A stretch of DNA of 64,000 nucleotides from Bacilli bacterium (GTDB taxonomy: Bacteria > Bacillota_I > Bacilli_A > RF39 > UBA660), in contig JAFUTV010000011.1 of NCBI GenBank assembly GCA_017484125.1, forward strand, positions 14,681-78,680, given 5' to 3'. Every line of letters starts with the position of its first letter. Position 1 is the stretch's first letter. The translations under genes and the position numbers were made by a program. The notes under the pieces were generated by a model. The model worked only from the letters and a program-made list of their open reading frames with translations. It was not told the origin of the DNA and made no database searches. Of this stretch, positions 43,581 through 53,337 are shown piece after piece.

Positions 43581-44055
43581 GTTATGTTTACTTTTAATTG
43601 TATTTGTGCTATTAATAAGCATATTTATTAAATTCAATAATACTTATCATAAAATAGTTAATATAAATTCTTATATTGATAATGAAAAATCTTCTAATAT
43701 ATCTGGTTATTTAAAAATTGATCAAATAAATTTATTAGAAGTTATTAATAATATAGATTCTAATCTAAATAGTTTAAATAATGGTTTAATGTTATATTAT
43801 TTAAATCCATTTGTAATATTGGGACATTCTGGAACTGGTAAAACAGCTTTATTTAATGATTTAAAATTATTAAAATTAAATGATACTTTTGAATTTAGCT
43901 ATAATAAGACTATTTATAATTATAAAATAATAAAGATTTATAAAAAAAATAAAAAAGATTATTTAACATTAGAAGGTGACATTATTCTTGTTACTTGTCT
44001 TAAAAATGATAATAATAAACAATTAGTTTTAGTAGGACAAAAATTGAATTTTTGA
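43561..44055 (+). CDS. Small sortase-like transpeptidase (His and Cys present, conserved Arg not found)
   Basis: N-terminal TM, ILGHSG (His), IILVTC (Cys), but no Arg downstream (LKNDNNKQLVLVGQKLNF). It overlaps the 3' end of the adhesin gene by 20 nt. Confidence 0.6.
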   Translation: MSKKIIKLCLLLIVFVLLISIFIKFNNTYHKIVNINSYIDNEKSSNISGYLKIDQINLLEVINNIDSNLNSLNNGLMLYYLNPFVILGHSGTGKTALFNDLKLLKLNDTFEFSYNKTIYNYKIIKIYKKNKKDYLTLEGDIILVTCLKNDNNKQLVLVGQKLNF

Positions 44056-44062
44056 CTAAATA

Positions 44063-44095
44063 AAATGCAAAAAATAAATTTTTTTGCATTTTTTT
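44063..44095 (+). terminator. Rho-independent terminator
   Basis: AAATGCAAAAA / TTTTTGCATTT 11-bp stem followed by a T run. Confidence 0.7.
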
Positions 44096-44158
44096 AAAGA
44101 AAAAAAAGGAAATTGGGCATATACCTATAATATATATAATTGAGGGGAGGTTTTTATT

Positions 44159-45925
44159 GTGGCATTCATTGATAATAGCGAAATTGAAAAAATAAGAGCC
44201 AAAGCAGATATTGCAACTATTATATCAAGTTTAGGAGTAGATGTTATTCCTGCAGGTAAAGATTATAAATGTGTTTGTCCATTTCATGATGATCATTCAC
44301 CAAGTTTAAATATTTCTATTTCGAAACAAATATTTAAATGTTTTGCATGTGGAGCAGGTGGAAATGTATTTAATTTTGTTTCCAAGTATGAAAATGTTAC
44401 TTTTCCTGAAGCAGTAAAAATTGTTGCAGATAAAATTGGTTATAATTTATCAGTAAGTAATTCTATTAAAAGTGAAGATAAACATAAATTAGAGCATGAA
44501 ATATTTAATCTAGCTTGTATGTTTTATCAAAATAATTTAAATACAAGCAGTGGTGTTATTGCAAAAAAATATTTAAAAGAACGAAATATTGATGATAAAA
44601 TAATTAATGAATTTAAAATTGGGTTAGCTTCAGATAATAAAAATGATTTATTTACTCTATTAACTAAAAAGGGATATAAAATCGATTTATTAGAGGATTT
44701 AGGGTTAATTAATATTATTAATGATAGAGCATATGATTTTTTTGTAGGAAGAATTACTTTTCCATTAGATGACATTAATGGAAATATTGTTGGATTTTCT
44801 TCAAGAATATATAGGGGAGAAAAAGATACATCTAAATATATTAATACAAAAGAAACACCTATATATATTAAAGGAAATAACTTGTTTAATTATTCAAAAG
44901 CAAAAGTTGCTGCAAAAAAAGAAAAAAATTTAATAATTGTTGAAGGACAAATGGATGCAATTAGAGTTTATTCATCTGGGATTGAAAATGTTGTTGCTCT
45001 TGGTGGAACAGCATTAACCCAAAATCAGATAAAACTAATTAAAAATTTAAATTGTAAAGTGATTTTATGCTTGGATGCAGATGAAGCGGGTGAAAAGGCA
45101 ACATTAATTAATGGCGATTTACTAGTTAAAGAAAATATTGCTGTACAAGTAATTAGACTTTCTGATTATAAAGATCCTGATGAATACATAATAAATAAAG
45201 GTATTGATGCTTTTGCTGATAATATAAAAAATCCAATTGATTATTTAGAATTTAAAATAAAAGTTGAAGAACACAATATAAACATTAACAATACGGAGGA
45301 ATTAGCAACTTTTATAAATAAAGTTGTTATTGATATAAGCAAATTAAAAGATCCAATTCAAAAGGAACTTACTTTAAATAAGGTATCTTCTAAATATAAT
45401 ATTAGTTTAGACATTTTAAAAAATAAATTAGAAAATATTAAGGTGGAAAATGAAGTTGCAAAGGAAGTATTTTCACCGCAAATAAAAAATAATAAAAAAT
45501 TAACTGGACTTGATATAGCAATTAGAAAAGTATTGTATTATATGATGTGTGATAATAAATATATTAAAAAATATCAAAGCAAAATTGGATTTTTTGAGAA
45601 TAAAGAATATCGAAATATTGCAAATGAAATAGTGTACTTTCAAGAAAAACATGGTATAATATCAATTGCTGATTTTATTTCATACATAACACCTAATCAG
45701 GATTTATATCAAATTGTATTAGATATCATGGATGCAAATGATAATGATTTAAATGAATTAGAATTTGATAATTATGTTGAGGTTATTAATCAAAAAAGTA
45801 ATGAAATTAAAATTAAATTATTAAAAGAGGAAATCAAAAAAGAATTAGATTTAAACAAGAAAAAAGAATTGTTAGAAGAAATTACTAAAATTAAAAGAGG
45901 GAGTGTAATAAATGAAAACAATTAA
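44159..45925 (+). CDS. dnaG: DNA primase
   Basis: Zinc finger [14 protein letters not shown]...[15 protein letters not shown], a TOPRIM domain ([10 protein letters not shown] ... [12 protein letters not shown]). GTG start with a GAGGGGAGG RBS. Confidence 0.95.
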   Translation: MAFIDNSEIEKIRAKADIATIISSLGVDVIPAGKDYKCVCPFHDDHSPSLNISISKQIFKCFACGAGGNVFNFVSKYENVTFPEAVKIVADKIGYNLSVSNSIKSEDKHKLEHEIFNLACMFYQNNLNTSSGVIAKKYLKERNIDDKIINEFKIGLASDNKNDLFTLLTKKGYKIDLLEDLGLINIINDRAYDFFVGRITFPLDDINGNIVGFSSRIYRGEKDTSKYINTKETPIYIKGNNLFNYSKAKVAAKKEKNLIIVEGQMDAIRVYSSGIENVVALGGTALTQNQIKLIKNLNCKVILCLDADEAGEKATLINGDLLVKENIAVQVIRLSDYKDPDEYIINKGIDAFADNIKNPIDYLEFKIKVEEHNININNTEELATFINKVVIDISKLKDPIQKELTLNKVSSKYNISLDILKNKLENIKVENEVAKEVFSPQIKNNKKLTGLDIAIRKVLYYMMCDNKYIKKYQSKIGFFENKEYRNIANEIVYFQEKHGIISIADFISYITPNQDLYQIVLDIMDANDNDLNELEFDNYVEVINQKSNEIKIKLLKEEIKKELDLNKKKELLEEITKIKRGSVINENN

Positions 45926-47216
45926 GGGATTAAAAACAAAAGAGAGTAAATTAATTAAATTGGGAAAAAAGCAAGGATTTATAAGTGAAAATGATTTAAA
46001 GGAATCATTAGAAGGAATTGAAATAACTGAAGAAGTATTAACTCATGTTAATCAAACTTTAGAAGAAAATAATATTACAATAGAGCTAGATAAAAAAGAA
46101 AATGTAAAAAAAGATAATAAAGTTTCATCAATAAAAACTATTAAAGGATTACAAGAAAGGGAAGAAGAATTAATTAAGTTAGGTAAAGAAAAAGGCCACT
46201 TAACATTTGAAGATTTAGCTGCTGCTTTAAAAGGATTAGATATTGATGCTGATAATTTAGATGAAATTTATAATTTATTAGTAGCAAATAATATTGAAGT
46301 TATTGCTGACGAAGATGGGGACGCTTCATCATTAAAAAAAGAAGATGAAATAATATTATCTGATGCAGAAATAACTAAAGATGTAAATATTAATGATCCA
46401 GTTAGAATGTATTTAAAAGAAATTGGTAGAATTCCGCTTCTTACTTCAGAACAAGAATTAGAATACTCTGTTCGTGCAGCAAATGGTGATGAAGATGCTA
46501 AGAGAATTTTAGCGGAATCTAACCTTCGTTTAGTTGTATCAATTGCTAAAAGATATGTTGGAAGAGGTTTACTATTTTTGGATTTAATTCAAGAAGGTAA
46601 TATTGGATTAATGAAAGCTGTTGAAAAATTTGACTATGATAAAGGTTTTAAATTTTCAACATATGCTACATGGTGGATTAGACAAGCAATAACTAGAGCA
46701 TTAGCAGATCAAGCAAGAACAATTCGTGTTCCAGTTCATATGGTTGAAACAATTAATAAAATGGCCCGTATTCAAAGACAAATGACATTAGAACTTAATA
46801 GGGAGCCATCTGAAGAAGAACTTGCCAAAAAAATGGGAATATCTGTTGATAAAGTTAGAGAAGTAATGAAAATATCACAAGATCCTGTAAGTTTAGAAAC
46901 ACCAATAGGTGAAGAAGATGATTCACATTTAGGAGATTTTATTCAAGATGAATCTAATATGTCTCCTGAAGAATATGCAACGAATGAAATATTAAAAGAA
47001 GAAATAAAAAATGTTTTACTTACTTTACAAGAAAGAGAACAAGAAGTATTAGAATTAAGATTTGGTTTAAAAGATGGAACATGCCATACTTTAGAAGAAG
47101 TAGGAAAAAAATTTAATGTAACAAGAGAAAGAATTAGACAAATAGAAGCAAAAGCACTTCGTAAATTAAGACATCCATCTCGTGCTAGAAAGTTAAAGGA
47201 CTTTTTAACAGACTAA
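45912..47216 (+). CDS. sigA: Primary sigma factor sigma-A (RpoD) with a duplicated region 1.1
   Basis: [16 protein letters not shown], regions 2-4 ([44 protein letters not shown]), and the conserved dnaG-sigA order. Confidence 0.95.
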   Translation: MKTIKGLKTKESKLIKLGKKQGFISENDLKESLEGIEITEEVLTHVNQTLEENNITIELDKKENVKKDNKVSSIKTIKGLQEREEELIKLGKEKGHLTFEDLAAALKGLDIDADNLDEIYNLLVANNIEVIADEDGDASSLKKEDEIILSDAEITKDVNINDPVRMYLKEIGRIPLLTSEQELEYSVRAANGDEDAKRILAESNLRLVVSIAKRYVGRGLLFLDLIQEGNIGLMKAVEKFDYDKGFKFSTYATWWIRQAITRALADQARTIRVPVHMVETINKMARIQRQMTLELNREPSEEELAKKMGISVDKVREVMKISQDPVSLETPIGEEDDSHLGDFIQDESNMSPEEYATNEILKEEIKNVLLTLQEREQEVLELRFGLKDGTCHTLEEVGKKFNVTRERIRQIEAKALRKLRHPSRARKLKDFLTD

Positions 47217-47866
47217 TGAATAGTAAAAGATTATTAGCAATTGCATCCTTTATCGATAAAGATGATAAACTAATTGATGTTGGATGTGATCATGGATATT
47301 TGGGTATTTATTTAAAACAAAACAACTTAGTTAATGATTTATTATTAACTGATTTAAGAAGTAATGCATTAAATAGTGCAATAAAAAATATTAATAAATA
47401 TGATTTGAATATTAAAACTATTCAAACAGATGGATTAAATAATATAGATTTAAATAAATATAATACTGTTTCTATCAGTGGAATGGGAACTTCAACAATA
47501 ATTGATATTTTATCATTACTAAAAAATGACTCTTCTATCAAAAAATTAATTATTCAATCAAATAATGATTTAAATATTTTAAGAAAAGAAATAGAAAAAA
47601 TAGGCTTTTATTTAGATGATGAAATAACAGTTAAAGAAAACAATATATTTTATGTTATTTGCAAATTCTCTAAAAAATATAAAAAAATTTCAGATGAAAC
47701 GTATCTTTTTGGAATAAATAAAAGGGATAAAGTAGAATATTATAGTTATTTGATAGAAAATTATAACAATATAATAAAAAATATTTCTAAAACAAATAAA
47801 AAGAGAATAAATGAATTAAAAGAAAACATTAAAATATTAAATGAATTATTGAAAAAATGTAGGTAA
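47216..47866 (+). CDS. trmK: tRNA (adenine22-N1)-methyltransferase
   Basis: RLLAIASFIDKDDKLIDVGCDHGYLGIYL and ISGMGTSTI motifs, in the position after sigA as for B. subtilis yqfN. Confidence 0.85.
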   Translation: MNSKRLLAIASFIDKDDKLIDVGCDHGYLGIYLKQNNLVNDLLLTDLRSNALNSAIKNINKYDLNIKTIQTDGLNNIDLNKYNTVSISGMGTSTIIDILSLLKNDSSIKKLIIQSNNDLNILRKEIEKIGFYLDDEITVKENNIFYVICKFSKKYKKISDETYLFGINKRDKVEYYSYLIENYNNIIKNISKTNKKRINELKENIKILNELLKKCR

Positions 47867-48109
47867 ATTATTGTTACTTACTTTTTTTATTTCATTTACT
47901 TTTGCATCTTTTATATTATCATTTAATTCTATTTTTTCATTATCAGGGCTATTAATAATATTTACTATTTTAGATATATCTTTAACATTTGATAATATTG
48001 GTTTAAATTGCTGATATAAGGGAATTGCTTGATTTATTACACCTAAAGCCTTACTAATGCCACCTATGATTTTTGGTAAATCTAAGCCTGCTAAAAATTT
48101 TGGATTCAT
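47846..48109 (-). CDS. Small protein, possibly YqfQ/VrrA-like
   Basis: AGGTGA RBS before ATG 48109. The neighbourhood (sigA-trmK) matches B. subtilis yqfQ, but the family assignment is weak. Confidence 0.4.
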   Translation of the reverse strand: MNPKFLAGLDLPKIIGGISKALGVINQAIPLYQQFKPILSNVKDISKIVNIINSPDNEKIELNDNIKDAKVNEIKKVSNNNLPTFFQ

Positions 48110-48207
48110 GACTATCACCTAATATATTATATTTATTAAATCTATAAAGTTGTTATTTTATTTTAAAATAAACAATTATTATGATATAATCTTTGTGGTG
48201 ATTTATT

Positions 48208-49473
48208 ATGTTTGTAGATGAAATCATAGTAAAATTAATTGCAGGAAATGGTGGAGATGGATGCACTTCTTTTCATCATGAAAAAGCTATGCCAAATCTT
48301 GGACCAGATGGTGGTAATGGTGGAAGAGGTTCCAATATTATTTTTGAAGTTGATAAAGGTTTAAAGACTCTTGTAGATTTAAGATACCATAAAATAATAA
48401 AGGGTGATAAAGGAACAAATGGTAAGGGTAGTGATAGAACTGGGGCTAATGCTGAAGATATTATTATTAAAGTTCCGCAAGGTACAACTATTACTGATAT
48501 GAAAACTAATCAAGTTATTTGCGATTTAATAAATGATAAGGAACAGTTTATTGTGGCTAAAGGTGGAAGAGGAGGAAAAGGTAATGCTGCTTTTGCAACA
48601 CATGATAATCCTGCTCCAAGAATGTCAGAAAATGGTGAACCAGGTGAAATAAAAGAAGTAAAATGTGAATTGAAAGTATTAGCTGATATTGGTCTTGTTG
48701 GATTACCTTCAGTTGGAAAATCTACCATTTTATCAGTAATAAGTGCATCAAAGCCTAAAATAGCAGCTTATCATTTTACTACCTTAAATCCTAATTTAGG
48801 TGTAGTAAAGCTAAAGGATGGACGTAGTTTTGTCATGGCTGATCTTCCTGGATTAATTGAAGGTGCTAGTGAAGGATTAGGATTAGGTTTAAAATTTTTA
48901 CGTCATGCTTCAAGAACAAAAGTTATTGCTCATGTAGTTGATATGGGTGCACAAGAAGGAAGAAATCCAATTGATGATTTTAAAATCATTCAAGGTGAAA
49001 TAGAAAAATATGGTCATGGTCTTGATAGAAAGAGTTTAGTAGTAATTGCTAATAAAATGGATTTACCAGATGCTAAAGATAATTTGGATGAATTTATTAA
49101 AGAATATCCTGATTTAAAAATAATTCCAATTAGTGCATTTTCTTTAGAAGGTGTAGAAGAATTAGTTATAAAATTAGCCGATATATTAGGAAGTATTAAG
49201 GAAGAAGAAATAACTCCAAGTGTTGATGAAGTAGTATACAAATTTGAAGATAAACTTCCATTTACTATTGAAAAAACAAGTGATGGCTGGATTTTAAAAG
49301 GTGATAAAATTACGAAACTTTTCAAAATGACTAAATTTAATGAAGATGAAAGTGTTATGAGATTTGCTAAAAAATTAAAAGCAATGGGTGTTGAAGAAGA
49401 ATTAGAACGCCTTGGAGCTTCAAGAGGCGATGATGTAATTATTGAAGATTTTGTATTTCAATTTAAAGATTAA
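48208..49473 (+). CDS. obg: GTPase Obg
   Basis: Gly-rich Obg fold (AGNGGDGCTSFHHEK, GPDGGNGGRG), G-domain GLPSVGKST, DLPGLIEGAS and NKMD motifs, plus a C-terminal OCT domain. Confidence 0.95.
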   Translation: MFVDEIIVKLIAGNGGDGCTSFHHEKAMPNLGPDGGNGGRGSNIIFEVDKGLKTLVDLRYHKIIKGDKGTNGKGSDRTGANAEDIIIKVPQGTTITDMKTNQVICDLINDKEQFIVAKGGRGGKGNAAFATHDNPAPRMSENGEPGEIKEVKCELKVLADIGLVGLPSVGKSTILSVISASKPKIAAYHFTTLNPNLGVVKLKDGRSFVMADLPGLIEGASEGLGLGLKFLRHASRTKVIAHVVDMGAQEGRNPIDDFKIIQGEIEKYGHGLDRKSLVVIANKMDLPDAKDNLDEFIKEYPDLKIIPISAFSLEGVEELVIKLADILGSIKEEEITPSVDEVVYKFEDKLPFTIEKTSDGWILKGDKITKLFKMTKFNEDESVMRFAKKLKAMGVEEELERLGASRGDDVIIEDFVFQFKD

Positions 49474-49497
49474 AAAGTCTTATTTTAAGACTTTTTT
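49473..49497 (+). terminator. Rho-independent terminator after obg
   Basis: AAAAGTCTTA / TAAGACTTTT stem followed by a T run. Confidence 0.75.
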
Positions 49498-49518
49498 CTT
49501 TATCTATAATTAAACTTA

Positions 49519-49527
49519 TGTTATAAT
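49519..49527 (+). promoter_or_regulatory. Extended -10 element (TGtTATAAT) ahead of the Tad-like operon
   Basis: TG at 49519-49520 and TATAAT at 49522-49527. I saw no good -35 element. Confidence 0.35.
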
Positions 49528-49552
49528 TATTAATAATAAGGGATTGGTTAGT

Positions 49553-50335
49553 ATGGCAAGTTTAAGAAAAAGCAAAAGCATATTAATTACTTCAACTAAA
49601 GGCGGAGTAGGTAAATCGATATTTACTCTTAACTTGGCTGGTATTTTTTCGACAATTGAAAAAAAAGTATTAATTATTGACCTAGATTTAACATCTGGTA
49701 TTATTGCTATGGCTTTAAATAAACCATATAACAAATCCATTTATGAAATGAGTGAAGATATTAAAAATAATGTTTTTGATGAATTTGAAAATTATGTTTT
49801 AAAATATAATAATTATATTGATTGCATAGCTTGCCCAAAAGATCCAAGAGATGCTTCTAAAATTGATTTAAGATATGTTGATATGATAATTAATCAAGCA
49901 TATTTTAAATATGATGTAATATTAATAGATACAAACCATAATTTAAGTCCTATTAATTTGTTTTTAATGGATAAAATTGATGAGATTTTATTTGTTGTAA
50001 ATAATGATCCTTTAAATTTAAAAAGTAATAGATCATTGATTTCTATATTAAACAATATAGGTATAAATAATTATCATGTGTTATTAAATAATTCTAATAA
50101 TCCATATAAAGATTACTTTTCTATGTATGATATAAAAAATATATTACAAGCAAATGTTGATTATACTTTATCAAATACTTTCTATATAGAAAATATTGAT
50201 AAACTAATTATGGCTGGTGATATTGTAACATTATCTAATGATATAGCAAGAATATATAATAAAGATTATACTAGTTTAATGAATATTGCTATGGATTTAA
50301 CTAACCAAGGAAGTGATATAGATGGCAAGAAATAG
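49553..50335 (+). CDS. ParA/MinD-superfamily ATPase (TadZ/CpaE-like)
   Basis: Deviant Walker A TSTKGGVGKS, then LIIDLDL and VILIDTNH. First gene of a Tad-like cluster. ATG 49553 is preferred over TTG 49544. Confidence 0.7.
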   Translation: MASLRKSKSILITSTKGGVGKSIFTLNLAGIFSTIEKKVLIIDLDLTSGIIAMALNKPYNKSIYEMSEDIKNNVFDEFENYVLKYNNYIDCIACPKDPRDASKIDLRYVDMIINQAYFKYDVILIDTNHNLSPINLFLMDKIDEILFVVNNDPLNLKSNRSLISILNNIGINNYHVLLNNSNNPYKDYFSMYDIKNILQANVDYTLSNTFYIENIDKLIMAGDIVTLSNDIARIYNKDYTSLMNIAMDLTNQGSDIDGKK

Positions 50336-51611
50336 TTTAATTAAAGAATTTAATTACGAATTAAATTTTGATTATAATCAAAATGATTTAAATAACGTGT
50401 TTAAAAATAAAGAAGAACTTGACATATTACGAAAAAACATTTTAGGAGAATTGGGAAGTTTATCTTATGCTAATGAAAAGATTACTAAAGAATTAATATT
50501 AGATGTAATCTCTAATAAAACTAAAGGATATAATTTATCTAATTTAGAAAGAAATCATCTATATAATGTTATTAATGAAGAAATAAGTGGATATGGTCCA
50601 TTATCATCACTTCTTAAAGATCCAAATGTTGAAGAAATAATGGTTAATTCATATAATGAAATTTATGCATTAGTTGATGGTAATATTATTAGGGATACAT
50701 CACTATCTTTTATTAATAATGAACATGTTATGCGTACTATTAAAAAGATGTTGTCTTCAACAAATATCATTATTGATTCTTCTAAAGTGATTGAAACAAC
50801 TTTACCTGATGGATCTTTTTTAAGCGTTATACTTCCTCCGATATCTAAAAGGGGACCTATTTTAAGTATTAAAAAATTTAATCCAATGGTAAGCAATATA
50901 GATGAATTAATAAAATTAGGTACATTAACACCTTATATGGCTAGATTTTTAGATGCTGCAATCAAAGCAAAATTAAATATTATTGTTACTGGTGGCTCTA
51001 AATCAGGTAAAACTTCATTACTATCTGCTTTAGCAAATATTGGAAAAGATAATTCAAGATTAATTACAATATCTGATAATGAAGATTTAAATATTAATAA
51101 AGAAAATGTTGTTCATCTAACAAAAAATGAAAATATTATAAAAACAGCATTAAATATTTATCCCAATACTTTAATAATTAATAATTTAACTTCTGATTTA
51201 GTTGCTGATAGTATTGATGTTATGATAGATAATTCAATTAATGTATTAGAATCTACTAAGTCCAATAATGCCTTGGAGGTAATCAACTTTTTGGAAACAT
51301 CTTATTGTGAAGCAAAAGGATTATCTTCTAAAATAGCAAGAGAAACATTATATAATGCAGTTGATTTAATTGTTACTATTTCTAAATTATCAGATAATAA
51401 ACATCGAATTACTTCTATATTAGAATTAAATAAAAATAATAATAATGCAATTGTATTAAAAGAAATATTTGCATTTAAAACTAAAGGATTACTCGATAAT
51501 GGTAGTGTTAATGGTGAGTTTATTATGTATAACTATAGACCTAGAGCATATCGTAAAATTAAACGTCAAAATATTGATTCTATAGATGATATATTTGAAA
51601 ATATTAAATAA
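50322..51611 (+). CDS. CpaF/TadA-family secretion ATPase homologue with degenerate catalytic motifs
   Basis: GYGPLSSLLKDPNVEEIMVNS, TTLPDGSFLSVILPPIS and Walker A VTGGSKSGKTSLL are present, but the Asp box, Walker B and His box are not conserved (see finding). Confidence 0.7.
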   Translation: MARNSLIKEFNYELNFDYNQNDLNNVFKNKEELDILRKNILGELGSLSYANEKITKELILDVISNKTKGYNLSNLERNHLYNVINEEISGYGPLSSLLKDPNVEEIMVNSYNEIYALVDGNIIRDTSLSFINNEHVMRTIKKMLSSTNIIIDSSKVIETTLPDGSFLSVILPPISKRGPILSIKKFNPMVSNIDELIKLGTLTPYMARFLDAAIKAKLNIIVTGGSKSGKTSLLSALANIGKDNSRLITISDNEDLNINKENVVHLTKNENIIKTALNIYPNTLIINNLTSDLVADSIDVMIDNSINVLESTKSNNALEVINFLETSYCEAKGLSSKIARETLYNAVDLIVTISKLSDNKHRITSILELNKNNNNAIVLKEIFAFKTKGLLDNGSVNGEFIMYNYRPRAYRKIKRQNIDSIDDIFENIK

Positions 51612-51622
51612 AGGGGAATAAT

Positions 51623-52603
51623 ATGAAACAGTTAATAATTCAATTATTAATTATATTTATTATTATAATTATCTTTTATAATATTGTTAGAATAATTAGA
51701 ACTAATAGCAAAGAAAAAAGAATTAGTGAATTTTCACTATCTAAAAAAGATTTTAATGAAAATAGTATACTTGAAAGATTTAACTTAATAATTTGGAATA
51801 TAATTCATAATATAAGTAACATATTAAGTAGAAGTAATTTATTTTTAAAAAAAGCAATAAAATATGAAAAGTATATATTAATTAAAGAAGAAAAATATAA
51901 GAGTTCAATTGATTATGTAACTATTAAATATTTAAATATAATTTTAGCTATTACTCTATATTTTTTAATTATTTTATTATTTACATTAAAATTCAATATT
52001 TTTATTTTAATTATATTTATAATACTTGGTCTATTTCTCCCAGATTTTTTATGGAAGTTATCATATATTAATAAATGTAAGAATATTTCATCAAGATTAT
52101 ATGAATCTATAATTATATTAGATGACAATATTTCTAAATCTAACATATATAATTCTATTAATAAAGTTATTAATGAAAGTAGTGAAGAAATATCAGATGA
52201 ATATCAAAGAATATTTAACGATCTTTCTTATAACTTAACATTATACCAAGCTTTTAAAAGATTTTATGAAAGAACCAAAATTCCTGAAATAAAAACAATA
52301 TATCATTTATTGAATGTAGAACAAGATAATATTGAAAAAACATTTCATTTAATTAGAAAAGAATTTGAATATATTGATAAACAAAATGATTATAAACATA
52401 ATACAAATATAATATTAAATGTGCTTAGTAGTGTTTTTGTTCTCATTCCATTATTACTTATTATTTTTATAACTATTATTAATCCTGATTATTTTAAATT
52501 GGTTATTTCTTCATTATTTGGAATAGTAATATTAATTGTTATTGAATTGTTATATATTGCATTAATATTTTCTATAAGGCGTGTTTTGGAGGAAAGAAAA
52601 TGA
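51623..52603 (+). CDS. Type II secretion system F-family membrane protein (TadB-like)
   Basis: N-terminal TM, a cytoplasmic helical T2SSF-like domain (ISDEYQRIFNDLSYNLTLYQAFKRFYERTKIPEIK) and C-terminal TMs. Confidence 0.6.
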   Translation: MKQLIIQLLIIFIIIIIFYNIVRIIRTNSKEKRISEFSLSKKDFNENSILERFNLIIWNIIHNISNILSRSNLFLKKAIKYEKYILIKEEKYKSSIDYVTIKYLNIILAITLYFLIILLFTLKFNIFILIIFIILGLFLPDFLWKLSYINKCKNISSRLYESIIILDDNISKSNIYNSINKVINESSEEISDEYQRIFNDLSYNLTLYQAFKRFYERTKIPEIKTIYHLLNVEQDNIEKTFHLIRKEFEYIDKQNDYKHNTNIILNVLSSVFVLIPLLLIIFITIINPDYFKLVISSLFGIVILIVIELLYIALIFSIRRVLEERK

Positions 52604-53289
52604 GTGGTATTAAAAAGATTTTTAGTAAAAAATATATAACAAAATATGAAGAAAAAATAAAGTATTTGGGTCCAAATAATAAAATTAGTTTAGAAAACTT
52701 TTTATTAACAAGATTATTTTTATCAATTGTATTGTTAATTATATGTCTTATCATTCCTAAATATGGCTTAATTCTTGCTATTATTGTAGCTATTTCGTTT
52801 TATTATTTATATACTAGTATTTTAATTGATAATAAAATTAGAATAAGAAATGATAAGTTATATGATGAAGCTATTTTATTTTTTAATATGTTAAAACTAT
52901 CTTATGATAAAACAAAAGATATTAAAACATCTTTAGAAATAGTATCAAATAAATTAGGAAATTCTATATCCATAACATTTAGAAAAGTATTAAAAAACAA
53001 TCGATATAACAATGATTTAAAAGAAGTGTTTTCAAAAGTAATAGAAACTATTCCTAACAAGGATGTAAAAAATGCATTAGTGGATTTAAAGGAATGTAAT
53101 AATTATTATGATTGTTTAGAAAGAATTACAGAAAATCTTAAAGATAAAAATGTCGTTATATTAAAGAGTAAATATCAATTTAAGCCCATCATATTAGTAT
53201 TTGTCTCTTTAGTATTTATAAGCATTATTTGTATATTACTATTTAATATTTATGATATTATTAATTATTTAAATAGTTTATTTGTATAA
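52600..53289 (+). CDS. Type II secretion system F-family membrane protein (TadC-like)
   Basis: Same architecture as the preceding gene (KTSLEIVSNKLGNSISITFRKVL ... VKNALVDLKE). Its start overlaps the stop of the previous gene. Confidence 0.55.
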   Translation: MSGIKKIFSKKYITKYEEKIKYLGPNNKISLENFLLTRLFLSIVLLIICLIIPKYGLILAIIVAISFYYLYTSILIDNKIRIRNDKLYDEAILFFNMLKLSYDKTKDIKTSLEIVSNKLGNSISITFRKVLKNNRYNNDLKEVFSKVIETIPNKDVKNALVDLKECNNYYDCLERITENLKDKNVVILKSKYQFKPIILVFVSLVFISIICILLFNIYDIINYLNSLFV

Positions 53290-53337
53290 AATTAAGTCCT
53301 TTTAACCAATATAAGAGTTAGAAAGGATTTTTTATTT

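Noticed and set aside
49553-53289. The cluster could be the spoIIIA operon itself.
   Set aside because: The gene number and sizes do not fit spoIIIAA-AH, which has eight genes including small AC and AD proteins and a ring-forming AG. The ATPase N-terminal domain and the two T2SSF-like proteins fit Tad/CpaF better. The sporulation link is kept only as a hypothesis in the findings.
53290-53337. A sigma-F or sigma-G type promoter was expected in front of sigG.
   Set aside because: I could not match GyATA...GGnnAnAHTR or GhATR...CATnnTA in the 48-nt gap or the last 100 nt of the upstream gene. The composition is too AT-rich to call weak matches, so no promoter is reported.
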